Positions 1 through 8,183 of a stretch of 45,599 nt of DNA are shown piece after piece (within the stretch, counting starts at the first letter, position 1; each line of letters opens with the position of its first letter). Source of the DNA: a bacterium (GTDB lineage Bacteria; Patescibacteriota; Minisyncoccia; Minisyncoccales; PEYH01); NCBI GenBank assembly GCA_021163545.1, contig JAGGTU010000045.1, positions 1-45,599 of the forward strand. The letters run 5' to 3'. The translations under genes and the position numbers were made by a program. The notes beneath the pieces are model-generated. The model ran no database searches. It worked only from the letters and a program-made list of their open reading frames with translations, and had not been told where the DNA came from.

Positions 1-866
1 ATCACCTTGAACTAGGAGAATTGTGGGATTTAATTGATGTAAAAAGAGCGGCTAAAATTTCAGGTTCTAGATTCGGAATTCTTAAAAATGAGGCTGTTTT
101 GCTGGAGTTTGCTTTAATTAAATTTACTTACGATTTTCTAACAAAAAAATATAATTTTATACCTGTCATTCCGCCAATTTTAATTAGACCAGAGGTAATG
201 AAAGGAATGGGCTATATAGATACAGAGCAGGATTTACAAGAGAGATATTTTTTGGAGAAAGATAATTTGTTTTTAGTGGGAACGGCAGAGCAGGCGGTGG
301 GCCCTATGCATAAAGATGAAATTTTTCAAGAGAAAGATTTGCCAAAACGTTACTTGGCTTTCTCTACCTGTTTAAGAGAAGAGGCAGGTTCCTATGGCAA
401 AGACACCCGAGGAATTTTTCGAGTTCATCAATTTGATAAAATTGAAATGTTTTCTTTTACAAAACCAGAGGACTCACAGAGAGAACTTCAATTTTTGTTG
501 GAGATAGAAAAGGAATTAATGAAACAATTAAAAATTCCTTTTCAGGTGGTAAAAGTTTGTACCGGTGATTTGTCCCGCCCTTCTGCCCAAACTTTTGATA
601 TTGAAGCCTGGATTCCTTCACAAAAGCGATATCGCGAAACCCATTCTTGTTCAAACTGCACAGATTTTCAGGCAAGAAGGTTAAATATAAGATTTAAAAG
701 AGAAAAAAGCAACAAAATTGAATTTGCCCATACTCTTAACGGAACGGCCTTTGCTATTGGTAGAACAATAATTGCTATTTTAGAAAATTATCAGCAAAAA
801 GACGGAAGAGTTTTGGTTCCGAAAGTATTGAGAAAATACGCGGGAATTAGAAGAATCCCTAAATAA
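1..866 (+). CDS. serS: seryl-tRNA synthetase, C-terminal part (5' end lies outside the window)
   Basis: The reading frame is open to the left edge (frame of nt 3: HLELGELWDLIDVKRAAKISGSRFGILKN). It carries class II aaRS catalytic core signatures (FRVHQFDKIEMF, TLNGTAFAIGRTIIAILENYQ). The TTG at 21 in the ORF track is internal. Confidence 0.9.
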   Translation, partial: HLELGELWDLIDVKRAAKISGSRFGILKNEAVLLEFALIKFTYDFLTKKYNFIPVIPPILIRPEVMKGMGYIDTEQDLQERYFLEKDNLFLVGTAEQAVGPMHKDEIFQEKDLPKRYLAFSTCLREEAGSYGKDTRGIFRVHQFDKIEMFSFTKPEDSQRELQFLLEIEKELMKQLKIPFQVVKVCTGDLSRPSAQTFDIEAWIPSQKRYRETHSCSNCTDFQARRLNIRFKREKSNKIEFAHTLNGTAFAIGRTIIAILENYQQKDGRVLVPKVLRKYAGIRRIPK

Positions 867-904
867 AATTCAAAATGCAAAATGCAAAATGACAATGCAA
901 AATT
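864..904. repeat. heptamer tandem repeat (TAAAATT/CAAAATG x3/ACAATG/CAAAATT)
   Basis: Direct reading shows period-7 units from 864 to 904. The array covers the serS stop codon, the 15 nt spacer and the ATG (882) of the next gene. Confidence 0.7.
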
Positions 905-1667
905 ACAAGAGAGAATAGTAGAAATAGGTGGGATAAAAACATTTATAAGAACGAAGGGGCAGGGGAAACCCTTTTTGATTTTGCATGGATGGGGAGGAAG
1001 TTCCGATTCTTGGAAGGAAGTGCAAACCAAATTAGCTAATCGATTTTGGGTTATTGTGCCAGATTTACCCGGTTTTGGCAAAAGTGATGCCCCCAAAAAA
1101 GCGTGGAATGTAGAATGTTATGTCGAGTTTGTTTTTGCATTACTCAACAAATTAAATATTGTTAATGAGTTTTATCTTCTCGGACATTCTTTTGGGGGCG
1201 CAATTGCAACTAAAATTGCAGTAACTCATCCAGAAAAAATTAAAAAACTAATTTTGGTCAATGCGAAAGTCATAAGAAGTCATAGAAATCCTATCAAGAT
1301 GATGGCTGCTTCTATTACAAAATTGATAAATCTACTTTTTGGTTGGGTACCTGGATATAAATATTTAAGAAGACTTTTTTATCGATTTTTCTTAAGGAAA
1401 ACAGATTATTTAGAGGCAAAAGGAATCATGAGAGAAACTTTTAAAAGAGTGATCTCTGAAAATTTAAAATATCTTTGTCCTAAAGTAGCCTCACCCACTT
1501 TAATTATCTGGGGCAAAAGAGATAAAATTACTCCTTTAAGGGAGGGCTTAAAACTTCATAGACTCATTCCAAATTCAGAGATAGTTATAATAGATGAAGC
1601 CAAGCACGCTCCTAATCTTTCTCATCCTCAAAAACTAGCTCAAATTATTAACCAAAAGATTGTATAA
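882..1667 (+). CDS. alpha/beta-fold hydrolase
   Basis: 261 aa ORF with an HGWGGSS oxyanion region, a GHSFGG nucleophile elbow (GxSxG) and a C-terminal DEAKHAPN histidine region. Confidence 0.8.
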   Translation: MQNDNAKLQERIVEIGGIKTFIRTKGQGKPFLILHGWGGSSDSWKEVQTKLANRFWVIVPDLPGFGKSDAPKKAWNVECYVEFVFALLNKLNIVNEFYLLGHSFGGAIATKIAVTHPEKIKKLILVNAKVIRSHRNPIKMMAASITKLINLLFGWVPGYKYLRRLFYRFFLRKTDYLEAKGIMRETFKRVISENLKYLCPKVASPTLIIWGKRDKITPLREGLKLHRLIPNSEIVIIDEAKHAPNLSHPQKLAQIINQKIV

Positions 1668-3301
1668 TGAGGATACTTCTTATAGCCCTATGGGCTTTGC
1701 ATCAAATCAAGGCAATTCTTTTTTGGGTCTATCTTTGGCAATTAAAAGAATATCACAGAAAAAGATTTATTGATCATTTTAGGACCCATAAAGGAAAGAG
1801 TATTTTTTTCAATTGGCAGATAGGAATAAAAATTGTTTTTCTGTGCCTTCTTTTTCTTGTGAAATCAATCTTTCTGGTTTACATAGTTTTGCTGCTTTAT
1901 TTATTGGGAAGTTTAAAATCCCTTGTAAATTTTTATAAAAGACGTCTTAAAAAACCTATTTTTACTTTCAAGGCCACCATAATATGCGGAGGATGTTTTA
2001 TGTTATTTGCATTCATAGTGAGCATTTTGCTTGTTTTTGGTGTTGATATTATTCAACTTGTTCAATGGCTTCTTGTGATGGATTTATTAACATTTTTATT
2101 TGTTAGCCTTTTTGTTTTTCTGATGCATCCCCTTACTCTCTTTTTTCAATATAGATTGTTGCAAAAAGCAAAGAATAAGAGAGAGCAATTTAAAGATTTA
2201 ATAGTAATTGGTATTACCGGAAGTTATGGCAAAACTACAACAAAGGAAATTATATCTTTTGTGTTGGCTCATAAGTTTAAAGTACTAAAAACAGAAAAAC
2301 ATATTAATGCTGAGGTAGGTATTGCTAAGACAATCTTAGAAAAGTTAAGCGATCAAGAGATTTTTGTTGTGGAGATGGGCGCTTATGAAAGAGGAAAAAT
2401 AAAGCAGGTATGTAAAATGGTAAAACCAAAAATCGGAGTTTTAACAGGAATAAACCAGCAACATATGGCAACTTTTGGAAGCCAGAAGAATATCGTTAAA
2501 GGGAAGTTTGAGTTGATAGAGGCGTTGCCAGAAGACGGAGTGGCGGTGGTGAATTGGGACAATAGATTTATAAACTCAAAACTCAAAAGTCAAAAGTCAA
2601 AACCACAACTCAAAAGTCAAAAATTAAAAAATATTAAAATTATTAAATACGCTATTAAAAATAAAAATGAGGCGGATGTCTGGGCAGAGGATGTGAAAGT
2701 TCAAAAAGAAAAACTTTCTTTTTGGATATCTACAAAAGAAGGAAAGAAGGAGTTTTGTGAAGTAAACTTAATTGGTGGGCACAATGTTTATGCTATTTTG
2801 GCGGCTTGTGCGGTGGCAAAAGAATTAGGAATGTCATTAAATGAAATTATTCAAATTTTAAAGGAAATAAAGCCAGATTTTGGAGCAATGAAATTAAAAA
2901 AAGGAGTGGGTGGAATTAATGTTATTGATGCTTCATATTCAGCAAACCCGGATGGGGTAATATCCGCTCTAGATTATCTTAAAATTTGGGAAAATAAAAA
3001 GGTAATTGTGATGCCTTGTCTTATCGAACTTGGAAGCGTTTCAAAAGAAGTTCATAGAAAAATAGGTGAAAAAATTGCCGAGGTTTGCGATTTAGCAATT
3101 ATAACCACAAAAGATAGGTTCAAAGAGATACAAGAAGGGGCCATTAAAAAAGGAATGAACAAAGAGGGAATTGTGTTTATCGATCAACCAAAAAAAATTG
3201 CTGAGACAATTAAAAATTTTTGCCAAGAGAAAGATATCGTGCTTTTAGAAGGAAGGGTACCCTCGGGGCTAGTAGACTTGTTAATACTTCCTCAGGAATA
3301 A
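1667..3301 (+). CDS. murF: UDP-MurNAc-tripeptide--D-alanyl-D-alanine ligase (MurF-type Mur ligase) with an N-terminal polytopic membrane domain
   Basis: Mur ligase P-loop GITGSYGKTTTKE, plus NAEVGIAKT, VVEMGAYERGKI...GVLTGINQQHMATFGS and DASYSANPDGV. The first ~170 aa form 5-6 hydrophobic helices. The start overlaps the upstream stop (TAATG). Confidence 0.8.
   Translation: MRILLIALWALHQIKAILFWVYLWQLKEYHRKRFIDHFRTHKGKSIFFNWQIGIKIVFLCLLFLVKSIFLVYIVLLLYLLGSLKSLVNFYKRRLKKPIFTFKATIICGGCFMLFAFIVSILLVFGVDIIQLVQWLLVMDLLTFLFVSLFVFLMHPLTLFFQYRLLQKAKNKREQFKDLIVIGITGSYGKTTTKEIISFVLAHKFKVLKTEKHINAEVGIAKTILEKLSDQEIFVVEMGAYERGKIKQVCKMVKPKIGVLTGINQQHMATFGSQKNIVKGKFELIEALPEDGVAVVNWDNRFINSKLKSQKSKPQLKSQKLKNIKIIKYAIKNKNEADVWAEDVKVQKEKLSFWISTKEGKKEFCEVNLIGGHNVYAILAACAVAKELGMSLNEIIQILKEIKPDFGAMKLKKGVGGINVIDASYSANPDGVISALDYLKIWENKKVIVMPCLIELGSVSKEVHRKIGEKIAEVCDLAIITTKDRFKEIQEGAIKKGMNKEGIVFIDQPKKIAETIKNFCQEKDIVLLEGRVPSGLVDLLILPQE
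2574..2629 (+). repeat. in-frame heptamer microsatellite (ACTCAAA/AGTCAAA units) inside murF
   Basis: Period-7 units read directly from the sequence. They encode the low-complexity insert NSKLKSQKSKPQLKSQKLKN. Confidence 0.7.
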
Positions 3302-3311
3302 ATATCTAATT

Positions 3312-4598
3312 ATGACACTGACAAGGAAACAAAAACCCATTTTTATATCTCTATCACCAAATGTGGAAAAAGACGATGTTTGTTTAACATTGAGATTAAT
3401 TTTCAAACCTTGGAGGTGGCAAAAAGGGGAGAGTGTTGAGTTGCTGGAAGAGGAATTTAGGCAATATTTTGGCGTTCAATATGCTTTTTCTTTTAACAGT
3501 GGTAGATCTGCATTCTTGGCAATTTTAAAATCACTAAACTTAAATAAGGGCGATGAAATATTAATTCAAGCATTTACTTGTAATGCTGCTGTGAATCCAA
3601 TTCTTGCTTTGGGTTTAAAGCCGGTATATATAGATATTGAAAAAGACACCCTAAACATTGACCCAAAAGATTTAGAAAGAAAAATTGGACCCAAGTCAAA
3701 AGTAGTGTTAGTTCAACATACCTTTGGTCTTCCTGCAAAATTAGATGAGATCTTAGAAATTTGCCAAAAACACAATCTTATTTTAATTGAAGATTGTGCA
3801 CATTCGTTGGGCGCCTTGTATAAAGACAAGAAGATTGGAACTTTTGCAAAAGCAGCATTTTTTAGTTTTGGAAGGGATAAAATTATCTCTTCTGTTTATG
3901 GAGGAATGGCTATAACAAATGATCCTGTTTTAGCTGAAAACCTAAAGAGTTATCAAGAAAAACTTAAATATCCCGGCTGCTTTTGGATTTTTCAACAACT
4001 TTTACATCCAATTTTAGTTGAATACCTAATAAAACCCCTTTATCGATTTGATGAATTTGGGAGGTATCTCCTAATTCTTTTCCAAAAAATAGGTATTTTA
4101 TCAAAAGGTGTCACAAAAAAAGAAAAAAAAGGAAAGCTTCCGCGGTATATTCCCCAAAAAATGCCAAACGCTTTGGCTGTTTTGGCATTAAATCAAATGA
4201 GAAAACTCAAGAGATTTAACCAACATAGAAAAGAAGTAGCTGAAATTTATCAACATGAATTGAGGGATATAGGTTTAATTTCCCCAAAAAATCAAGAAGG
4301 GAGAATTTTTATGCGGTACCCTATCATTTTGGAAGGAAGAGATACAGATAGGATTTTAAAAGAGTTCCGAAAAAAGAAAATTTTTCTTGACGATGGTTGG
4401 AGAAAGACACCGATTGTTCCTCCAGATACTGACCAAAAAAGCATGGGGTATCAATTCGGAAGTTGTAAAATAGCTGAACTTGTAGCTAAATACATTGTAA
4501 ATCTTCCCACTCATATTAATATTTCTAAAAAAGAAGCTCGAGCAATTTCGGATTTATTGAAAGATTTTGTTTCTGTTGATCTTTCAAAAGAAACGTGA
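3312..4598 (+). CDS. DegT/DnrJ/EryC1/StrS-family PLP-dependent aminotransferase
   Basis: 428 aa ORF with IEDCAHSLGA and FSFGRDKIISS (putative PLP lysine). Overall layout matches the sugar aminotransferase family. Confidence 0.8.
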   Translation: MTLTRKQKPIFISLSPNVEKDDVCLTLRLIFKPWRWQKGESVELLEEEFRQYFGVQYAFSFNSGRSAFLAILKSLNLNKGDEILIQAFTCNAAVNPILALGLKPVYIDIEKDTLNIDPKDLERKIGPKSKVVLVQHTFGLPAKLDEILEICQKHNLILIEDCAHSLGALYKDKKIGTFAKAAFFSFGRDKIISSVYGGMAITNDPVLAENLKSYQEKLKYPGCFWIFQQLLHPILVEYLIKPLYRFDEFGRYLLILFQKIGILSKGVTKKEKKGKLPRYIPQKMPNALAVLALNQMRKLKRFNQHRKEVAEIYQHELRDIGLISPKNQEGRIFMRYPIILEGRDTDRILKEFRKKKIFLDDGWRKTPIVPPDTDQKSMGYQFGSCKIAELVAKYIVNLPTHINISKKEARAISDLLKDFVSVDLSKET

Positions 4599-4631
4599 TA
4601 TATTTTCTTATTCAAAAAGGAGGTGACAAAA

Positions 4632-5210
4632 ATGGAGCGTTCTTTAACATTGAAAGGTCACAGACTTATGCTACTTTATAAGAAGGAGGAGATAGATAAG
4701 GCAATCAAGAGGTTGGCAAAAGAAATATATAAAACTTACTGCTCATACCTTACCGAGAAAAACTTTCTTTTAAAAATAATCGTGATCTTAGAGGGAGGAA
4801 GATGGTTTGATGCAGCCCTTGCAATGGAGCTTGGTAAATTGTTTCCCGTGGGCGCTATAGCCCACGATAGTATTTCTGTTTCAAGTTATAAAGATAATAC
4901 CAGCCCCAAAGAGGTTCAAATCTTAAAAGATACAAAAAACCCCATCGGTGGACAGCATGTATTAATAGTTGATGATATAGTGGATACAGCTGGAACGCTG
5001 GCAAAATTGTTAAAAATACTGAAGGCGCGAAATCCAGCCTCTTTGAGAACTTGTGTGCTCATAGACAAGACACCAAGAAGAGAAAAGGAAATCCCTTTGG
5101 ACTTTGTTGGGTTTAGGCTTCCAAAACCACTATTCCTCATAGGCTTTGGTTTAGACTGGGCAGAGGCGGGACGCGAATTAGAGGATATCTATTATATTGA
5201 GGGATTGTAG
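4632..5210 (+). CDS. hpt: hypoxanthine(-guanine) phosphoribosyltransferase
   Basis: PRPP-binding motif VLIVDDIVDTAGTL. The ATG at 4632 follows the SD AAGGAGGTGA (4617-4626). The GTG at 4623 in the ORF track lies inside that SD, so it is unlikely to be the start. Confidence 0.85.
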   Translation: MERSLTLKGHRLMLLYKKEEIDKAIKRLAKEIYKTYCSYLTEKNFLLKIIVILEGGRWFDAALAMELGKLFPVGAIAHDSISVSSYKDNTSPKEVQILKDTKNPIGGQHVLIVDDIVDTAGTLAKLLKILKARNPASLRTCVLIDKTPRREKEIPLDFVGFRLPKPLFLIGFGLDWAEAGRELEDIYYIEGL

Positions 5211-5231
5211 CAATATTTGGGAGTTTAAAAC

Positions 5232-5258
5232 AGGTCGCCTTTTGGCGGCCTTTTATTT
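5232..5258 (+). terminator. intrinsic terminator after hpt
   Basis: AGGTCGCC-TTTT-GGCGGCCT hairpin followed by TTTATTT. Confidence 0.6.
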
Positions 5259-5286
5259 AGATAAAAATTGTGTAAAATAATATAAT

Positions 5287-5490
5287 ATGGAAATAATTGG
5301 TCAAGATATAAGACAATATATACAAGAAAGAATTTTAGAAAAAAAGCCCCAGACCCAAGAGGAAGTACTGAAAATTTTAGATGAGGTTTTTCATGAACTA
5401 AAAGCCACAGGTAAAATAAGAAGTGACGCAGATTTAGAATATTGGAAAAATTATTTTTCTCAGAGGTGGCAACAATTTTTAGATAGATAA
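5287..5490 (+). CDS. hypothetical small protein (67 aa)
   Basis: Only an ORF with no recognisable motif. A TAAAAT -10-like box at 5273-5278 would give a near-leaderless mRNA. Confidence 0.4.
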   Translation: MEIIGQDIRQYIQERILEKKPQTQEEVLKILDEVFHELKATGKIRSDADLEYWKNYFSQRWQQFLDR

Positions 5491-5494
5491 TAAT

Positions 5495-6076
5495 ATGCTT
5501 AAATATACAGATCTCAAGAAAGGAGTTATTTTTTTAATGGATAATCAGCCTTTTTTGGTTTTGGAATCAAGTCTAGTGAAATTACAGCGTCAAAAGCCTA
5601 TTTTAAGGGCAAAAATTAAAAATTTAAAAACAGGAGCAATAATCACCCAAAGTTTTACTCAGGCAGATGAATTTGAAGAAGCAGAGATTGAGAAAAAACC
5701 ATTACAATTTCTTTATAGTCACAGAGGAAAATTTGTTTTTATTGAACCACAAAAACCTCAAAATAGAATTGAGTTTAATGAAGATTTTATAGGTGAAAGG
5801 TGGAAGTATTTGAAAAAAGGAGCTCAGGTCAATGCAATTATTATTAATAATCAAATTGTTGATATTGAGCTGCCAATCAAAATGGAATTTAAAGTTATTG
5901 AAGCCCCACCTTCTTTTAAAGGTGATACTGCTCAAGGAGGCACCAAAACTGTGACTATTGAGACCGGCGCAAGGATAAATGTGCCGATGTTTATAGAGGA
6001 AGGGGATATAATAAGAGTGAATACTCAAGATGGCACTTATGTTGAAAGGGTGAAAAGCAGAGATAAAAGCAATTAA
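5495..6076 (+). CDS. efp: translation elongation factor P
   Basis: The N-terminus (LKKGVIFLMDNQPFLVLES...KIKNLKTGA) and the three-domain length of 193 aa are typical of EF-P. Confidence 0.92.
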   Translation: MLKYTDLKKGVIFLMDNQPFLVLESSLVKLQRQKPILRAKIKNLKTGAIITQSFTQADEFEEAEIEKKPLQFLYSHRGKFVFIEPQKPQNRIEFNEDFIGERWKYLKKGAQVNAIIINNQIVDIELPIKMEFKVIEAPPSFKGDTAQGGTKTVTIETGARINVPMFIEEGDIIRVNTQDGTYVERVKSRDKSN

Positions 6077-6097
6077 AGTTTCTTTGGAAATTTGGTG

Positions 6098-6237
6098 TTT
6101 CTGACAAAATTACCCTTCGCTCAGCTGCGCCTACTCTGCTAAGCCTCCCTTCGCCACTTAGCGGGGTCTTGCTCGGCTAAGCAGGAGTAGATCCCACTGC
6201 CTACCTGAGGCTGAACTCAGGGTAATTCTGCCAGAAA
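6098..6237. other. GC-rich long-hairpin element A (140 nt) in the efp-femAB spacer
   Basis: A 19 bp outer stem pairs 6098-6116 with 6219-6237. An inner 15 bp stem pairs 6131-6145 with 6175-6190. There is also a CCTGAG/CTCAGG hairpin at 6204-6221. The element is GC-rich in an AT-rich background. Confidence 0.55.
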
Positions 6238-6318
6238 GTGTTTGAACGAGCTCTTAACTAACAATTCAGCCTGCGTGGCGCGTTTTCAAAAAATTTTATT
6301 GTGATCACTGAAGCAAAT

Positions 6319-7377
6319 ATGGAAATACAAAAAATCACAGATAAAAACCTATGGGAAAACTTTCTTAAAGATTGTTATCCAAAGACATTTCTTCAATCCT
6401 GGAATTGGGGAGAGTTTTCAAAATCAATGGGACAAAAAATTTGGAGGTTGGGAGTGTTTGAACAAGAAGAACTGTTGGCAACCTGTTTGGTAGTAAAAGT
6501 GAAAGCAAAGAGAGGCACTTTTTTAATGGTGGAGCATGGACCGAATATAAAAAATTCCAAGTTTCAAATTCCAAATTCCAAACAAATTCCAAACCCCAAA
6601 TTCCAAATTCTAAACATTCTTTTAGGAAAACTAAAAAAAATAGCAAAAGAAGAGGAGGCGAGTTTTATAAGAGTTTGTCCTATTTGGGAAAGGAGCAAGG
6701 AGAATGAAGAAATTTTTAAAAAATTAGGGTTCAAAAATGCGCCAATCCATGTTCATCCAGAGATTAGCTGGATTTTAGAGCTAGACAAAACAGAAGAGGA
6801 ACTTTTATATGGGATGAGGAAAACAACAAGATATTTGATTCGCCGGGCTCAAAAAGATTCAGAGATTCAGATTAAAAAAAGCCAATCGCTGGAAGATTTA
6901 GAAAAATTCTATAAGATTTATCAAGAAACAGCCTCTTACCATAGTTTTGTGCCTTTTTCTTTTGATTATCTAAAAAACGAATTAGAGGTATTTAAAAAAG
7001 ATGATCAAATCTTAATATTTTTGGCAAAGTACAAAGAAGAGGTTGTCTCAGGGGCAGTAGTTGTTTATTGGCAGAATGGAGGATTTTATCATCATGGAGC
7101 CTCTTTGAGAAAATATTCAAAAATTCCAACCAGTTACTTAATTCAATGGGAAGCAATAAAAGAAGCAAAAAAAAGAGGTTGCGATTTTTATAGTTTCTGG
7201 GGAATTGCTCCAGAAGACAAACCTAATCATCCTTGGAAGGGCCTAACTTTGTTTAAAAAAGGATTTGGTGGCAAAAAAGAGGAATACGTCAAAACAAAAG
7301 ATTACCCTCTTTCATGGAGATATAAAATAAATTGGGTTATTGAAACATTGCGCAAAATCAAGCGAGGTTATTATTAA
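6319..7377 (+). CDS. FemAB-family (aminoacyl-tRNA-dependent) peptidoglycan peptide-bridge transferase
   Basis: FLQSWNWGEF N-terminal signature and a two-lobe GNAT-like length. ATG at 6319 is preferred over the GTG at 6301. Confidence 0.75.
   Translation: MEIQKITDKNLWENFLKDCYPKTFLQSWNWGEFSKSMGQKIWRLGVFEQEELLATCLVVKVKAKRGTFLMVEHGPNIKNSKFQIPNSKQIPNPKFQILNILLGKLKKIAKEEEASFIRVCPIWERSKENEEIFKKLGFKNAPIHVHPEISWILELDKTEEELLYGMRKTTRYLIRRAQKDSEIQIKKSQSLEDLEKFYKIYQETASYHSFVPFSFDYLKNELEVFKKDDQILIFLAKYKEEVVSGAVVVYWQNGGFYHHGASLRKYSKIPTSYLIQWEAIKEAKKRGCDFYSFWGIAPEDKPNHPWKGLTLFKKGFGGKKEEYVKTKDYPLSWRYKINWVIETLRKIKRGYY
6554..6613 (+). repeat. in-frame heptamer microsatellite (ATTCCAA units) inside the femAB-like gene
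   Basis: Eight period-7 units, with one 4 nt interruption, read directly from the sequence. They encode KNSKFQIPNSKQIPNPKFQILN. Confidence 0.7.
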
Positions 7378-7378
7378 T

Positions 7379-8179
7379 ATGGCCAAGTATTATAGGAAAT
7401 ACAAAAAAATTCGAAAAAGGAGATCTCCCTTAAAGGCAATTTTACAAAGCCAATTTTTTTTATTTACTTTTTTGTCTTTTTTCCTAATCTTTGGACTTTT
7501 CTATTTATTTGTTCTCTCGCCCGTTTTCTCTATCCAAGAAATCAAAGTAGAAGGAAATTTGCATTTTGTTTCTAAAGAAGAAATAAAAGAATATATTCAT
7601 GCGGCTGTAGGAAATAATTTTCTGAAATCAAAAAGCCTCTTTTGCTTTTCAAAAAAGGCACTCTCCCACTCACTCCTTCAAAATTTTCCAGCAATTTATG
7701 AGATTAAAATAAAAAGAGTTTTGCCACATATTTTGCTAGTTCAAATTCAAGAAAGAGATCCGGTGGCACGTTTTTGTAAAGAAGAGAAATGCTTTTTAAT
7801 GGACAAAGAGGGTGTTATTTTTTACCCTGCCACATCAAACAATCTGGTTATTTTTAAAAAAGAAAAGGCAGAAATTCAAATAGGAAAAGAAGCAGTTAAT
7901 AAGGAATTGCTGGGCAAGATGCTGACTATATTGAATGTTTTAAAAGAAGAATTGACAATAGAAACCCAAGAGGTGTTTTTGGCTCCTTTAGAGATAAAAA
8001 TACACACAAAAGATGGCCCCATATTGATTTTGGCACCCCAAAAAGATCTGAAAAATCAGATTGAAGACTTAGAGGTGCTTGTAGAGAAACAAATAGGTAA
8101 GGAAAATTTAGGAGAGATTGAATATATAGATCTTCGTTTTGATAAAATCTTCTATAAAGCCAGAGAAAGAAAGGAATAA
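7379..8179 (+). CDS. ftsQ: cell division protein FtsQ/DivIB-like (TM anchor + POTRA)
   Basis: Basic N-terminus, one TM helix, then SIQEIKVEGNLHFVSKEEIKEYI, which looks like a POTRA domain. ATG at 7379 lies directly after the upstream stop. Confidence 0.6.
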   Translation: MAKYYRKYKKIRKRRSPLKAILQSQFFLFTFLSFFLIFGLFYLFVLSPVFSIQEIKVEGNLHFVSKEEIKEYIHAAVGNNFLKSKSLFCFSKKALSHSLLQNFPAIYEIKIKRVLPHILLVQIQERDPVARFCKEEKCFLMDKEGVIFYPATSNNLVIFKKEKAEIQIGKEAVNKELLGKMLTILNVLKEELTIETQEVFLAPLEIKIHTKDGPILILAPQKDLKNQIEDLEVLVEKQIGKENLGEIEYIDLRFDKIFYKARERKE

Positions 8180-8183
8180 TTGA

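Noticed and set aside
2574-2629. CRISPR array, considered for this and the other short tandem repeats at 864, 6554 and 17601
   Set aside because: The units are 7-8 nt and contiguous, with no spacers. Two arrays lie inside intact ORFs. No cas genes are present apart from the isolated Cas4-like nuclease 30 kb away.
4596-4598. Alternative genetic code (UGA recoded, as in some CPR lineages)
   Set aside because: TGA terminates well-defined genes at the expected protein ends (DegT 4596-4598, gltX 28352-28354, the membrane protein 35188-35190). All conserved genes are intact under code 11.
6098-6237. Elements A, B and C as copies of one MITE/Correia-like transposable element or as integron attC sites
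   Set aside because: The three terminal inverted repeats share no sequence, and no target-site duplications are visible. The ends do not fit RYYYAAC/GTTRRRY, and there is no integron integrase. Only short internal 7-8-mers are shared between A and B, and in a different order.
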